From: Phoronis australis
Taxonomy: Eukaryota > Animalia > Phoronida
NCBI GenBank assembly: GCA_002633005.1
Contig: NMRA01000470.1
Span: 209,274 to 273,273 of the forward strand
Direction: 5' to 3'
Length of the DNA: 64,000 nucleotides
Shown: positions 1 to 13,087 of the stretch, one piece after another
How positions within the stretch are numbered: position 1 is the first letter of the stretch
Layout of the letters: each line of letters starts with the position of its first letter
Made by a program: the position numbers and the translations under genes
Notes under the pieces: generated by a model
Databases searched by the model: none
What the model was told of the DNA's origin: nothing
The model's input: the letters and a program-made list of their open reading frames with translations, nothing else

Positions 1-1875
1 CCCTGCCCCCCCCCCAAATCCGCCTATGTCAGATTTATATGAGGACGCTTTCGGCTAGCTGCCACAGAACAAATTTCTCAAGTTAGACCACAAGAAGAAG
101 GAAGTTCGTAGAGTTATGATAGGTCGGAAGGAGTCAGTTTTGATAAGAATCCTTTCCAGGTTTGAGAATAAAAACAACCCTCACCTTAGTCCAGGTTTCT
201 GGGACGTAGCCCAGTCTAAGACTGGCCTTGTAAAGATTAGACATTTGGAAAAACTTTTAGTCTAATTTGAACGTAGCGACTACGCACCGTAAGTTGCGTT
301 CAGTGCTCGAGATGATACGTTGGGCTTTGGGTACCTACTTACCTCTCAAGATTTTACCAGTACAGCACCAGTTGCTCCTAAACCATATGCAGGATCTTTA
401 TTAAATTTAGTAAGTGTATTTATATGAAGCTAAGAACAGACGACGACGACTCTTAGGCGGAGCCAACGAACGCTGCGCCCCCTAGTGGCAATTTCACTTT
501 TTTTTCGTTTTCTTTTGTTTTATTGAACTTCCTTGACAGGATTGGACGTTTTTGCGCCATCTAGAGGCCATTTTTATGGTACAAATAAACAACCATAGAA
601 GTACCCCTTTTGCGGTGCATTCGTGGGCGCATTTCAACGTTCTGCGTTGCTCTTGTGTGAAAACCAAGTAATTTCCAGTCAAAGGATCTGTAAATGTGAT
701 ATCAAATCTATTGTCAGTTTATTAATACATTTGTGTTTCTGACCTCAAGAATAGCAACGCAGAGCCTTGATATGCACCCACGATGTGCATCACAAACTGG
801 GCAGATGGTCATGGTCATTATTTGAAACATCGTAATTAAAGAGAGGAATGATAATAAATTTAATAATAGCTTCTAGGATGAGCAAAGCAAGTCATAGATG
901 CTCTCCTCAATACGAACGCATCAGCCACCTTTCATCATGAACTTTACTGGATAGGGAGACAACCCAATATGGACAAAACTCGTTGCATATGGATTGGTGC
1001 TAGGCAACTAACTCGTTTATGTCCAAATAAATCTCTCATGGTCTTTAGGTCAATTTACGTTTTCGGGAAACTTCAGCGTCAATCCATGGAAGGGGCAGCC
1101 CCCCAGCCCCCCTGTGGTGCACCTCCCATAGATTACGTGCGGAGCCGCACCGAAAAAGTGAGGGCTATAGCGCCCCCCCCCCCCCGGTTTAAGATTAGTT
1201 TCATATATTAGTGAACACCAACAAATTTATATTTAGTTAAAGATACAGTTCTGTGTACATTTTCTAAGAGGACATTGCCCATCTGTTTTGGAACTGTGAT
1301 TTAACAAGGTTCTTTTTGGATTTCAGTTGATGATTGGATCAAAAGCATGTTAGAGCTTTCAAAATTAAATATTTTTGTAAAGATTGAAGGACAAGATGTA
1401 ATTAATCTAATTGTTTGTCTACTAGGAAAATTTAACATTTATTGACAGCGTCTTAAAAACACGACTCCCAATTTGAAATACTTTAAGAGGGAAGTCTTTT
1501 GGGTATTTCAAATTGAAAAAAAAACTTCTACAATAAACTAAAATTCAAAGATTTTAATAACATATGGGTCCCTCTGGTACTTTTATATTTTAAGGCACTT
1601 TACTTTTGAGTTGTAACGACCCCCACCACAAGTCTGCACGTGCGTATGAATGTGAGTATGAATGCTTTTGCTTTGTTTTCATGTGTCTGAAAAAATATGT
1701 TTAATAATAATAATATAAATAATAATAATAATAATAAACTAAATTGTTTTTTAAAGTAGTGGAACAATAATTTGAAAGATATGTTTCCAATACCACTATC
1801 AATTGTATTGCTTTGTATTTCCACATACATCAGCAATCATGCGAATTCCTTCATTCACACGCAGCCCTACATTTT

Positions 1876-3315
1876 TCAGTCTGTTGGTTGGCTCGACAAA
1901 ACATCTACTAGTTGCATAATTTGCAGCTTGGCTCCATCAATGACAACCTCGTTGGAGTCTGAGTTCTTTTCAAAGCTGCCATCATCCTCATGACTCTTCC
2001 TGTGTGCCTTCAAGCTAGTGTTTTGAATAAATGCTCTATCACATAGGTCACACTTGTACGGTCGCTCTCCAGTGTGTATCCGCTCATGACGGACACGGTC
2101 TGTTCCACCGATAAAAGTTTTGGGACAAAATTTGCACTTGTATGGCCTCTCCCCCGTGTGCTTACGCATATGGAGCTCCAGGTTGTATTTGCGTGAAAAT
2201 GGCCGGTCGCAAATGTGACATTTGAATGGGAGGTGGCCGACATGAACGACGGACACGTGCTGGCTGAGGCTGGAGCTGTAGCGGAATGCCATGCTGCACT
2301 GGCCACATTTGAAGGGCGTCACGCGAGAGTGTACCAACATGTGCCGCTTCAAGTAGGAAGCGACAGAGAAGGCTTTGTTACAAACTTTGCACAAGTGAGA
2401 CTTAGGCTTGATGTGCAGCTGCCGGTGCTGCAGCATGCTGCGCTGTGAAATGAACTGCTTGCTGCAGATGTTACACTCTACACCCATCTCATCAGTGTGA
2501 CTCTGCGTGTGCTCCTTCAGGTGATTGGTGCTTGAAAACTGCTTGTCGCATGTGCTGCATGCCAGCTTTTCTGCCGTCGGGTGCTTCATCTTTCGGTGTG
2601 TTGTCAGATTGCCACAATGCGTGAACCCTTTGTTGCACACATCGCAATTGTAAGGCTTCACTGCAGCATGTACTCGACCATGGCTTTTCAGGTGACGTTT
2701 ATATTTGAACAAGCGACCGCATTCATTGCACTTGTGTCCAACGTTGTCAGAGTCTACTGACAAAACAAGATCCCCCAGCTTTAGGAAACATGGTTTGTCC
2801 ATGAAATCTGAGAGGTTATTGGCTTTGTTCACACTTTCACTTTTAGTATTATCATACACCAATCCCTTACCCTTGAGAGTATAGCGATGATGCACTTTAT
2901 TGTGTGTGAAAGACACAGACACCGAAATGTCCCGCTCCGCATGTTTCTTTTGTTTCGCCGGAGCAGTTTCATGATGAACCATGTGCTCTGACAAGAACAC
3001 AGAAAACCTGCTACAATCCTCATCATCAATGGTTGGCGACTGATCTACACCAAGGACAGATCCTAGCATATTAGGACCTTGGTATACATTGACTCGTTTT
3101 ATACTATTCCCTCCTCTTCCACAACCATTGTCTGCAGGCAAAGAAACACCATTTTCCGCATTACCTGCACTAAAGTTTGAAGGGATTGGATCACTGCTGT
3201 CAACCAACTGGCTGGACACACCAGTTAAATGTAGATCTTCAGGGGAGCGGATGAAGTAGAAGTGTATCTTGCCATCATTGGTTTCCAGGGAAACCACTTG
3301 ACCTTCCTGGGACAT
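1876..3315 (-). CDS. C2H2 zinc-finger transcription factor, 479 aa, 9 tandem fingers, single coding exon
   Basis: Nine CxxC-x12-HxxxH(H) units from CNECGRLF to CDLCDRAF, with two canonical HTGERPY linkers. A splice acceptor (ttttcccaacag) lies 7 nt upstream of the ATG, so the exon starts at 3322. Confidence 0.92.
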   Translation of the reverse strand: MSQEGQVVSLETNDGKIHFYFIRSPEDLHLTGVSSQLVDSSDPIPSNFSAGNAENGVSLPADNGCGRGGNSIKRVNVYQGPNMLGSVLGVDQSPTIDDEDCSRFSVFLSEHMVHHETAPAKQKKHAERDISVSVSFTHNKVHHRYTLKGKGLVYDNTKSESVNKANNLSDFMDKPCFLKLGDLVLSVDSDNVGHKCNECGRLFKYKRHLKSHGRVHAAVKPYNCDVCNKGFTHCGNLTTHRKMKHPTAEKLACSTCDKQFSSTNHLKEHTQSHTDEMGVECNICSKQFISQRSMLQHRQLHIKPKSHLCKVCNKAFSVASYLKRHMLVHSRVTPFKCGQCSMAFRYSSSLSQHVSVVHVGHLPFKCHICDRPFSRKYNLELHMRKHTGERPYKCKFCPKTFIGGTDRVRHERIHTGERPYKCDLCDRAFIQNTSLKAHRKSHEDDGSFEKNSDSNEVVIDGAKLQIMQLVDVLSSQPTD

Positions 3316-3769
3316 GGTAAATCTGTTGGGAAAAATGGTAGACTGTTAAAGCAGCAACATTACTGTGAGATTTTAGATCAGCCATGTGGCGTCAGCACCA
3401 TGATTTCCAGCAGATTTCATTCACGCCAGATTTTATGCAGAGGAAGACCTTTTACTACATATACATAATGTAGCAGAGCTATGTTCTAAAAAGATCGAGG
3501 TATGCTCACGTGGCTCATACCAACCAAATAAGCAAGTTCCGTGGCAGTGCTGTCTCCTCTCGGCAAGGTTGACAGAATGGGTGACTTCCCCACAACCCCC
3601 TGTAAGCTTCCATTTGACCTCAAGCACATTGAAAATAATGGACGTCAGTTATAAATAGTGTTGACAAATGAGATGTGCTTGAAAAAAATGTGATTGTCAG
3701 AGTATTTGGAAACAGCTAGACATAGCAAAATCGTGAAGAAGCCATTTTTGTAATTGCATCACAGCATAC

Positions 3770-3918
3770 CTTGATGGAGATTTTTTGAATCCCATCGATG
3801 TCAACCTCGATGATCTCGAGCGTGAGCCAATCGTCTATGCACTATATTGGTGATCGACCAGGATCATTAGGGCTCATATTTGGCCACCAGGATTGCTGCT
3901 CTCATGTTCAGAGCTACC
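3770..3918 (-). other. Candidate 5'UTR exon of the zinc-finger gene
   Basis: On the minus strand it is bounded by cattcatcag| and AAG|gtatgc. I found no open frame through it. Support is splice signals only. Confidence 0.3.
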
Positions 3919-3984
3919 TGATGAATGTAGAACCGTGTTGGAAAGAAAAGCTTCTTATAGTAGTATCTGTTCCAAAATGCAAGA

Positions 3985-4110
3985 ATTTAGACATCGATAG
4001 CCCCCAAAGGTGTCCCTTTATGCTCAAAAGGTAAATAACGTTGTGACTTTGATGGTTTAGCCAGTGTGAGGAGTTATTTGTCAAAAAGCTTCAGGTATAT
4101 AGAGGACCTA
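3985..4110 (+). mobile_element. Old fragment of the Academ-type family seen at 7237-7802
   Basis: aaaaggta..aacgttgtgactttgatggtttag..aaaagcttc aligns by eye to 7620-7750. Confidence 0.6.
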
Positions 4111-6619
4111 AGACATGACCACTGTCTGACTGTGACCCAGTTTTGGTGACTGTGAAATCTTGTCTCCACAAGTCGTGATTTCCCCGACAGGTAGCAAATT
4201 AATTCTAAATACTTTTAGTACTATACAGCAACAGTGCACCTATGGTGGACACTCTTACAGTTTTTGTTGAATTAACAAATATTTTCTGAACCATGCTTGC
4301 AAACTCAATTTTTAGAACACATATGGTAAAAACTTGCAGCAACAGAGGAAGTAGACAATAAGAAAGTTTGAAACATGAGATTTGAAGTAAAGATGTATAC
4401 TGAAAATCACGAATATTTACATTGATATCTAGAAGCATGATTTCAGTGACATTGAGTCATGGGGTGTTCATAGTGAGTCGAGTGAGGTGTCTTTTACCAC
4501 TTGTAAAATCTTAAACTCCTAGGTGACACCATTAGAAATCCAAGGAAAATGCTTCTGCAAAATGGGAGACTTCCCAGTTACCTGCTTCCTATCCTTCAAC
4601 AACTTGTTGCCAAAGCCAGATTTTGTGTGGTTCAGTAAACAATACTGCAAGTTGATGGCATAAGAGATTCAAATGGAATTCAATGCAACTGTTAAATACT
4701 ATAATCAACAAAAATTGTAAGGATGTCGATCTTGGGTACACTATCAATTGTGGGTATATGTAGAAAATACTAATATCTGAACTGGACAATCGAAGCTGGA
4801 TCAGATGGTGGCCATCTCAACCAAGCTTGACATTAAATTTTTTCTTAATTTGCCTGTCGTGCAAGTAAAATTTCCGTTGCCAGAATGAAAAAATTACTTG
4901 CCCAGAGGGAATCGCTGCCTACTCATCTTTTATTTTAAAGTCCTTGGTAATGCCCATTTGGGCGTGTGTAACATGGAAAAGACAGGAACTCAAGTGTGGC
5001 AAGTCACATTTAAAATGCTGAAGTACCTCATTCGCAACCCAGGGATTGCGGAACTCCTGCTCAAACAGGTTGAGAGGGATTAAAACACCATGATTTTGTG
5101 TGGTCTTAGTACAAGGTTTTTGAAGTCTTTGGCCAACTATATAGTTCATATTATCAAGTTTTCTACGTCCTGTGGAACACACTTTTCAAGCTGACACAAC
5201 TGGTTTTTGCAGCACCAAAACAGTAAAATTTTAGAGTGCCACCTTCCATTTAATAAGTGGAATTTTCTTTCTTGGGGTGTATGATAGTGTACTTCCGTCT
5301 GCTGGATGCATCCCAAACAAGCTAAACGCAACTGCACATGGACTTCCGAAATTAAAATTGTTAAGACTCCCAAGGCCAACTCCAAGCCATAGGCAGACAA
5401 ATTTCCCGGTGACACATAACCATGTAAGAGACAAAAAGGGTGGACATTAAACCTCTGTCGAGCCTAGGCTCCTAACTTCAACTGTCCCACATCAATAAAA
5501 ATCTGCGTGCGCCTCCCTTATCTTCCCCCCAATCTTATTGAATTGTCTTTGTGAGTGGTGAGTCGGTGACGGAATTTCCAAAACAATCAGAAAACTATGA
5601 ATTCAAGGAGGCTACATACTTAACATGGTGGAATACAGTTGTGCTTTAATTTGTACACTTGCCGAAGATAAAATTTTGAGTTTGAGCAAGCAATCCCTAT
5701 GTTAATGTCAAGAAATTTGTCCCCCAATTTAAATGATCAAAGTTATTAAAATTAGACTTCCCCTTAATATGTGTAATTTGCTTCTTGTTACAGCTCATTT
5801 TATCAATTAACCTAGAACTTTAGAGCAAAAACTGGTGTATCTTGTGCTTAATCTTGACATGCACTACTCTTGGTTGGATCACAACAAACAATTGGCCTTT
5901 AATGGAGATTTCCGATGTTTGGCCGTACATTCAGTCGCAGGAAATCACCTATCAGCAACTGCCGGATTTCGAATTAGGCCTACGGTGGAGCCAACAATCC
6001 ATGGTTGTTCGGTTGTAAACAACGTTACTTTACAAAACTAGAATTTAAATACATTCAACGCGACAAAAATTATGAGGAAGGTACTCAAATGACATTCGTG
6101 GGAACGTGAAAACAGAGCCTCGGAATTACTTCAGCAGCACCTGAAAAAACTCCGGATGTGTACAATGGTTGTCTGTCACAAAATAGTCTCCTTACATTTG
6201 TGATTTGGTTGTTTTTGATATTTTTGTTGAAGGCAATTTGATATGATCACGTGAAAGAAGGTATTCAAAGATTTGTTCTGTGCCGATTTCGTAGAGTTCC
6301 ATGCACATTTAAGTAGCAAGAAAATTCTGAGCAAACCGATTTTTAGTGTCTTAATAACCTTTAAGTTTTATTAGGAGCGACTGATGTCAGTGTTGATGGA
6401 TGAACAGATAAACTAAAATGCCTGTCCTTCAAGTAAGGTAGCCAGCCAGGTAGTTATATGAAGACTATCATCAAAATACAGCTAGGTACCGCTGTGTGTT
6501 GAGTTCAGACAGACCTTGAAATTGCACACAGCCCAGTTAGTTCTGCTTGTGACCTCGCCGTGAAACTTGTATCAACATGTAGAGCTTAAGACCGGGAATA
6601 TGACGTCATATCACCTGGC

Positions 6620-6860
6620 ATGCACAGTGTTAAAAATGGTGAGTTACCGACTTTGGGAACTGAACGAGGGACTGCCCAAAGAAAAAATTTGATAACGTGA
6701 GTATTTCTTCAAGTTGGAAGGAATTACATACATTGACGGCCTCCACAGGTGTCCCTTTATGAGAAAAAGGTATTTATAACGCGACTTTGATGTTTTAGTC
6801 AATGCAATATGCATAATTCACCAAAAAGCTTCTGACGTATGAAGAGCCTATAGGAGCTCC
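6620..6860 (+). mobile_element. Diverged partial copy of the Academ-type family seen at 7237-7802
   Basis: ttgggaactgaa..gggactgc..gagtatt..agttggaag..gactttgatg..gcataattc..aaaagcttc is colinear with 7520-7755. Confidence 0.7.
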
Positions 6861-7236
6861 ACCCTTCTTCTTCCCATATACAACAAATGATCGTGATATC
6901 GATCCTTACTTGTTGGCACACTTTAGCATTAAACTGAGGTGTGCGCAACTGTGAAAAATAACGATAAAACAAAGTGCTGGTTAGTGCCAAGATAAAAACA
7001 GGTTTTACTGTGAAAGATTGATGTTCATGTCAGGATGTGACATGTGAACATCTGATGAGATGACGAATTGTGGGAGTCTATTCCACAGTAAAATGGTAGA
7101 CGGGAAGAAAGAGTTTGCGTAGTACACAGTGAGGATGTATGATCTCTCAAAGGTATCAGAGTGGGAGGTACGTGATCTAGAGGTATGTAGGAGTGGAAGG
7201 TATAAGTGAGCAATAGCAACCAGGTTATGTACGGTC

Positions 7237-7802
7237 TAGGCAATGACCATCGCCTCTGTTGGCCCGAACCAGAGGCGATGTAGAGGCTATAGGCGCTCTG
7301 TACGCCGGAAGCTTTTCGGCGAATTATGCCTCGCACCGACTAAACCATCAAAGCCACGTTGTTATAACTACCTTTTGCGCATAGACAGTTTCAAGTAACG
7401 CCAATTAAAGACAAGTATAAGTGGTGGCATTTTGGAAACGAACATTTGACTGACAAGACCGCAATGGCTCACCTTTGGCCTATTTAAAAATTATTGCGAG
7501 CGCGGTAAAAGTTGGAGCGTGCGCAGTACAAAAATTTTGATTTCACGATTTTGGGAACTGAAATAGGGACTGCTCGAAGAAAAAGTTTCATAACGGGAGT
7601 ATTTGTTCGAGTTGGAAGAACTTAAACACATCGACAACCTCCTAAGGTGTTCGTCTATGCGCAAAAGGTAGTTATAACAACGTGACTTTGATGGTTTAGT
7701 CGGTGCGAGGCATAATTCGCCGAAAAGCTTCCGGCGTACAGAGCGCCTATAGCCTCTACATCGCCTCTGGTTCGGGCCAACAGAGGCGATGGTCATTGCC
7801 TA
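7237..7802. mobile_element. Non-autonomous Academ (AcademH-like) DNA transposon, 566 bp
   Basis: 150-bp TIRs (7237-7386 and 7653-7802) with one mismatch, TAG...CTA termini, and a perfect 9-bp TSD tgtacggtc (7228-7236, 7803-7811). Confidence 0.85.
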
Positions 7803-8122
7803 TGTACGGTCTTGTCCTACTGTCGCCAGTGTGCCAGTCGGACGGTGGTCGCTGTCTAACTAAGGCAATCACGAGCCTGTTGAAATGAATTTTTTACCAC
7901 ACCAATTCCCCTTCTTAGCTCTATTGTGACATTCAGTCGTATACAACTAGTTTAAGAGGTGAACCGACACCACGCCACACATCATCCGCGCAAACCAAAG
8001 ACATAAGAGATGATAATTACCTGCTGAACTTCAACAAAATACTTTCATAAATAAAAATAATGGTCGAACAGTATTTTACCGATGTAATGTTGATATCGCC
8101 ACCTGTCGTGTGTTTTTTGTTA

Positions 8123-8490
8123 CAGTTTCGTCCCCAAGCCTCAAGATGGCGCTGATCGACCATTTGAGACTTGCGCGATGATTGGCCGCAGGCGTTGTTG
8201 GTGCTTCTCATGAAGTACAAGGCATTCTTTTTTTTAATAGTATCATAGAAATTAATCTGTTTTCGATTCAAAATATGCCAATTTTGCTATAATTTTTACC
8301 TAAATTGCTGCGTAATACTGTTAGTTTTAATTTTTATATAATACTGCAAAAAATTTCAAAATTTTATTACCCGTCGTATTCCGCGATGTCTGTAAAACTG
8401 CGCCAGAATTCTGACACATTTGATTTCCCATAACCAAGCCTCAAATGGCTAAACCGATAAGCGCCATCTTGAGCTTTGGGGACGAGGCTG
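8123..8490. mobile_element. Diverged MITE, possibly Academ-like
   Basis: Imperfect ~50-bp inverted ends (cagtttcgtccccaagcctcaagatggcgc vs gcgccatcttgagctttggggacgaggctg). ttttttgtt occurs near both flanks as a possible degraded TSD. Confidence 0.55.
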
Positions 8491-10467
8491 GCTTTTTTGT
8501 TGGCATTCTAATCTCTCGTTGGCCAAATTAGTGATAGTTCGTGTGTAAATGAACTATTTTTGGTGTAAATAAATTTTTAGCAGCTTAATTTAATTATTTT
8601 TCGTACAAATTAGCTTTTGACTATCGTTGGCCGATTGATTGGACGTTGTGCACGTTATTTACGAGCGTAAATTAGTCATTATTAACGGAGTAAATAAAAA
8701 CGGCGCAAATCAACTTTAAATAGTATAAATTATTTATTTGTTATGTAAATCAATTATTTCCATTAGTTTTTAGATGTGAAAAATATTTATCAACGGCTTG
8801 AAGTAATTATTAAGGTTCGTCAAATTACGGACGTACGCGGTTAAGAATGAATTTACACCGTTAGAAAGAAATTTAGGTTTCGAATTGATTCTTAACCTTG
8901 GATAATCATCTTCAGGATAATGAAAGAAAACAATATGGCTGCACCCAGAAGAAGCCATGAACGAACATATCTGTCAATATGTGTTCAACAAAGCGTGAAG
9001 GATATGAATCTTCTTATCTTGTGTCCACGTCCACCTGTCACGTGTTCTGTAATACGAAAGTGAATGTTTTCAATCACAAAGTAAACAGAACGAAGTATTT
9101 GAGGTTTGACTTCCTTGTAAATACCCATCTACGCTGAATGACATAAAGAATAAACGACAAGGGTTTGTGAGTAAATATGTAGCTTTGGCCAGCATATTAC
9201 CGAGCAACAAATTTCATACGTGGATTTGTGTCTGGTTTAAGATTCTCTATCCGTAAAATATCTATGAAATTTACACCAGCCATAAGCGTATTAGATGGGG
9301 GCGGAGGAAACGTGGGGAAACAACAAAAAATTCGGGCATCGTAGCAGCTAATCGTGGGGAAAAGAATACGGGAAAACATTACCGAAGCCGTATTTAACAA
9401 CAAGGTGTTGGGTCGGAACAAGGGGACCCAATACACTCAAGGGGTATAGTTTTAACCCCCCATCTTTTAAAACCTCATGGCATGTACATGTGTTGACGAG
9501 ACGAAATTTTGTCCAACGTATTTTTTCGTGATATTTTGACAACTATTGTGTTTCTGTTATCGTTACACATCTTGAAAGAGAGTATTTATCCAGGCAAAAA
9601 CTTTAAAACTTTAAAAACGTAACAAAAACTTGAATTTGTACATGTCAGTTTACCACTACTCCCTGGTTACTTTTAAGATTAATAGCAAAATATACCGAAT
9701 TTTCACCTCAAAGCCACTATGAACTGAAAAACAGTAAATCCATACTGCCTAAACCATCAAGATTACAAGAGTCAAGTGAAAGGTGCGTGTCGACTAGACT
9801 GATTTTTACAAATACGAAGTGTCTGAATGGCCTGTATCTGTACTTCCCATCTGAAACTTTCACACGCAATACAGAATTCAAAGTACTCGGCCAACACAGC
9901 ATACGTTAATTCTGTGACTCAGAAAAAAACCCATGCCACGTCACGGTCATCGATCTATAAATGACATCACGTGAAACACACGAGTTATTGATTTACCACT
10001 AGCTGCAGCGGGTGTTAGCCTGTTCAACTACAGGCGGGAGATTTTTCAGTCCCCAGGTATGTAAAACCACTGCGTAAAACATTTTGTTCATAGTTTTACA
10101 ACTTAATCTAAACTAAGTAGTGTGAATGGACTGTCGGTGAGATCACGTATTTGATCGGACACTTTAAAGCCTCTCATCTGCCGTGTACTAGAAAATAATG
10201 CTTTATGTATGGCTGGATGTTTCACGTATGTATTGGCGTATTAGGCTAGAATTCATCATGACGAGTACGTTAAAGCCTGATCGACGACTGATGACTCACC
10301 ATTCTTCTAGTAGTCGTTTCGAGATGGATAAAAGGCTTGCTATTGTGTGACTCACGTAATTCGAGCAATAAAGCTTGGTAAAACCGTGTGGCAGTACAAT
10401 GGTAACAAAACATGCGTTGTCAGGGACCAGCTGCACAGTCATGTCACACTGTTGCTGATTGGGAGGC

Positions 10468-10537
10468 ACAGAACAGTTCTCACTGGGTTTTGCCCAGCAA
10501 AACCCAGTGAGAACTGTTCTGTTTGCTGGGCAAAACC
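10468..10537. repeat. Perfect 26-bp-arm palindrome with an overlapping 16-bp inverted repeat
   Basis: acagaacagttctcactgggttttgc-cca-gcaaaacccagtgagaactgttctgt; also 10486-10501 inverted at 10522-10537. Confidence 0.9.
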
Positions 10538-11599
10538 TACATCACTTGGATTAGTCACCTTTTCCTCACTCTGTCAAAAACAGGATGCAAAGAATGACAT
10601 GTTTTCTGTTATTTCACACAAAAAGCCCTGCAGATGAGCAAAGAAACTTTATTCTCTCTTGTATTTTTGACCCTTTCAGTCCCACAGAAAACCAAGCTAG
10701 ACTAAGAAAAATAGCCGGGACAAAAATGTGCAAAATAGGCACTTTTCACCCCAAAAACGCCACTTCCCTGTCCCAACAATAGATTCTGAAAGCAAATTTC
10801 CTATAGATTCCAAAATGTGGTCCAAAAGTACTGTCAACCAACTAGTTTTTTGGCAATTCTGGCTTGTTTGAGGGCTACCTAAAATCGCAGCCAATTTCTC
10901 AGTCGCTACCCAGCAATCGGGGGCCGCCATCTTGAAGAAGAGTTCAGCTACAGCCGAGAAAGTGGCCTTTTTTATTCTCAACATGTTCACTTAATACAAA
11001 CAAACCACATTCACTGAGCTTACATGCAATGCCTACCTACAAAACGCCCCCAAACTTGGCCTACCCCAAAATTTTAATATTTTGGCAGTACAAATTGGCC
11101 GCGGCCGCAGCCTAACTATTCAGTGCTACCTTAAATAAAACCACATTTTCCAAATTTTGTTTAGAATTTTTCCTCTCCACCTGCTGACCTATTTTGCAAA
11201 GTAAAAACTTGAAGCGATGACCGGTTTTGATTTTCCAAGCAGATTACATGTGCCCCCCCAAAAACTGGATTTTTGAACTAGGGCCATTTAACAGACAGAC
11301 ACCAAATGCAATTTCTTGCCCTGTTTTGCACTAAACTGACTTTTGATTGAGGGAATGGGGGAAAATTGATAAATTAGCATATGAAAATAATAATAAAAGT
11401 TTAATTTAAGTTAATTTCCTGACCCCACAAGTGGAACATGTTCTCACCAAGGCCCGTTGTGTATAGGGGACATATTTAGAGTCGATTTGCATAACCACAA
11501 AAGTCATGAGAACAAGAAATTTGGCAGCCAAGTTTCATTCACAACATAACTGTTGAGTGGTGAGCACACACAATATATCCTGAAAAGACACGCAGTTTC

Positions 11600-13087
11600 A
11601 CTAGGAACAGAGGGAAAAGAAAAAGCCAATTTAAAAAAGGTCACAGACCCTCCAACATGGACTACTGCAGCTCCAGCATACCAAGGCAGCCCGAGGCAGC
11701 AATAGAAGGTTGCAAGGCTGTGCGTCTCACACATTTCGAAGCTGAGGATGTCACCCACCTAACTGACAGTGATGCTGCTGCGACAGCTTACAGGTTTAGG
11801 CCAAGTACTGAAAAAAAGAAAATTTCGTGACAGCAAAGGACTGGATGAGAATATCATCATTAACTTGCGTCGCTTAACAGGCCTGGTGGGACATGTGCAT
11901 CGGGTTGCATTCAAATTTGGAAAACTAGAACTAATTGTTGAAAAAGACTGGGAGTGTGTGTATATGCATCATTGCACTGCAGAGTTTGCAAATATAAATC
12001 GCCCACTGTGCCACTGTCAGATGAGGTCAAGCAAGCAGCAGACGACTGGCCCACCAGCTGGAGCCTTGAGCAGCCAGGCTGTATTACCTGTGCTAAAGTC
12101 AAAAGTGGGAATTGAGGATGTAATCAACATTCTGACATGCTTGAATATTGTGCCACCATCCAATCGCAGCCTGCAGAATGCCATGAGCCAAACAGCAACT
12201 CAACTGAACGAAGAACAAATGATTGAGAACCAGCGCTACGTTAAAAAAGTCACCACTCAGGCTGGCGGTGAAGGTGTTGCAGACATTCAGTTTGACGTTT
12301 CCTACTCCTGTAGGCCACAGGGTGGCTGCGAGAAAGCTAAATAGAGCTTCGGTGGACTTGTTGAGCATACAACGACCCGAAAACTTCCGCTGGCCCTTGC
12401 CACGGCGAACAAACACTGCAGGATTCCCGGGTGCAAGCATGAACACTGCAGCAAAAGCTACCCAGCTGAGAAATCAATTGCATCAAGTGAACGCACACTG
12501 TTACAAGCCAGCCTCAGAGCAGTGGAAAATAGTGGTGTGGACCTGAATATCAGGAGCATTACGACCGATGCCAGCAGCCAAGAAGCAAAGGCCATCCGTG
12601 ATTTCAACAGTGCCAAAAGAAAAAACCTAAACACTGCAAATGCTTCATTCACAGACTGAGGCGAATGGAAAAAAGCGTTAACGAAGCGGACTTGAAAAGT
12701 TTGCCCAGGTCACATAACAAGACTTGTTACAAGAGGAAACTTTCATCTGCTGTACGAGCCAGAATGCGAAAAGAGCTCATCAATCTAAAAAACAGAAAAA
12801 TCGAAAGAGATGAATTTTTGAAAGTTGGAGCTGCTGCGGTGAACAATGTTACTCGCTGTTTTTCGGGACAGCATCAGCAACGTCGCGAGCTGTCGTCTGT
12901 GTGCATTGCACACCATAGCAACTATACAATAAGCCATTTGCCTTATGACCGGCATCTAGAACTGAGTGAAAAGGACTTGAAAACGATTCAAACAAAAATC
13001 AATTCCTACTTCGACCAGGAACAGCTAAGATATATCATGAATTTTAACTCCGTATTTTGTAAGTACATATTTTATAGAAGCATTTAA
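11600..13087 (+). pseudogene. Decayed DDE transposase (Kolobok-superfamily / 'Mutator-like' type)
   Basis: Stitched frames give SQFKKGHRPSN ... QFDVSY ... ANKHC..C.H.HC ... SSE ... ITTDASS ... HCKCFIH. There is an in-frame TAG at 12342-12344 and a frameshift in the A-run near 12620. Confidence 0.7.

Noticed and set aside
7025-7888. Two ORFs with identical N-termini (MRGIIRRKAS...)
   Set aside because: By-product of the 150-bp TIRs; no coding signature.
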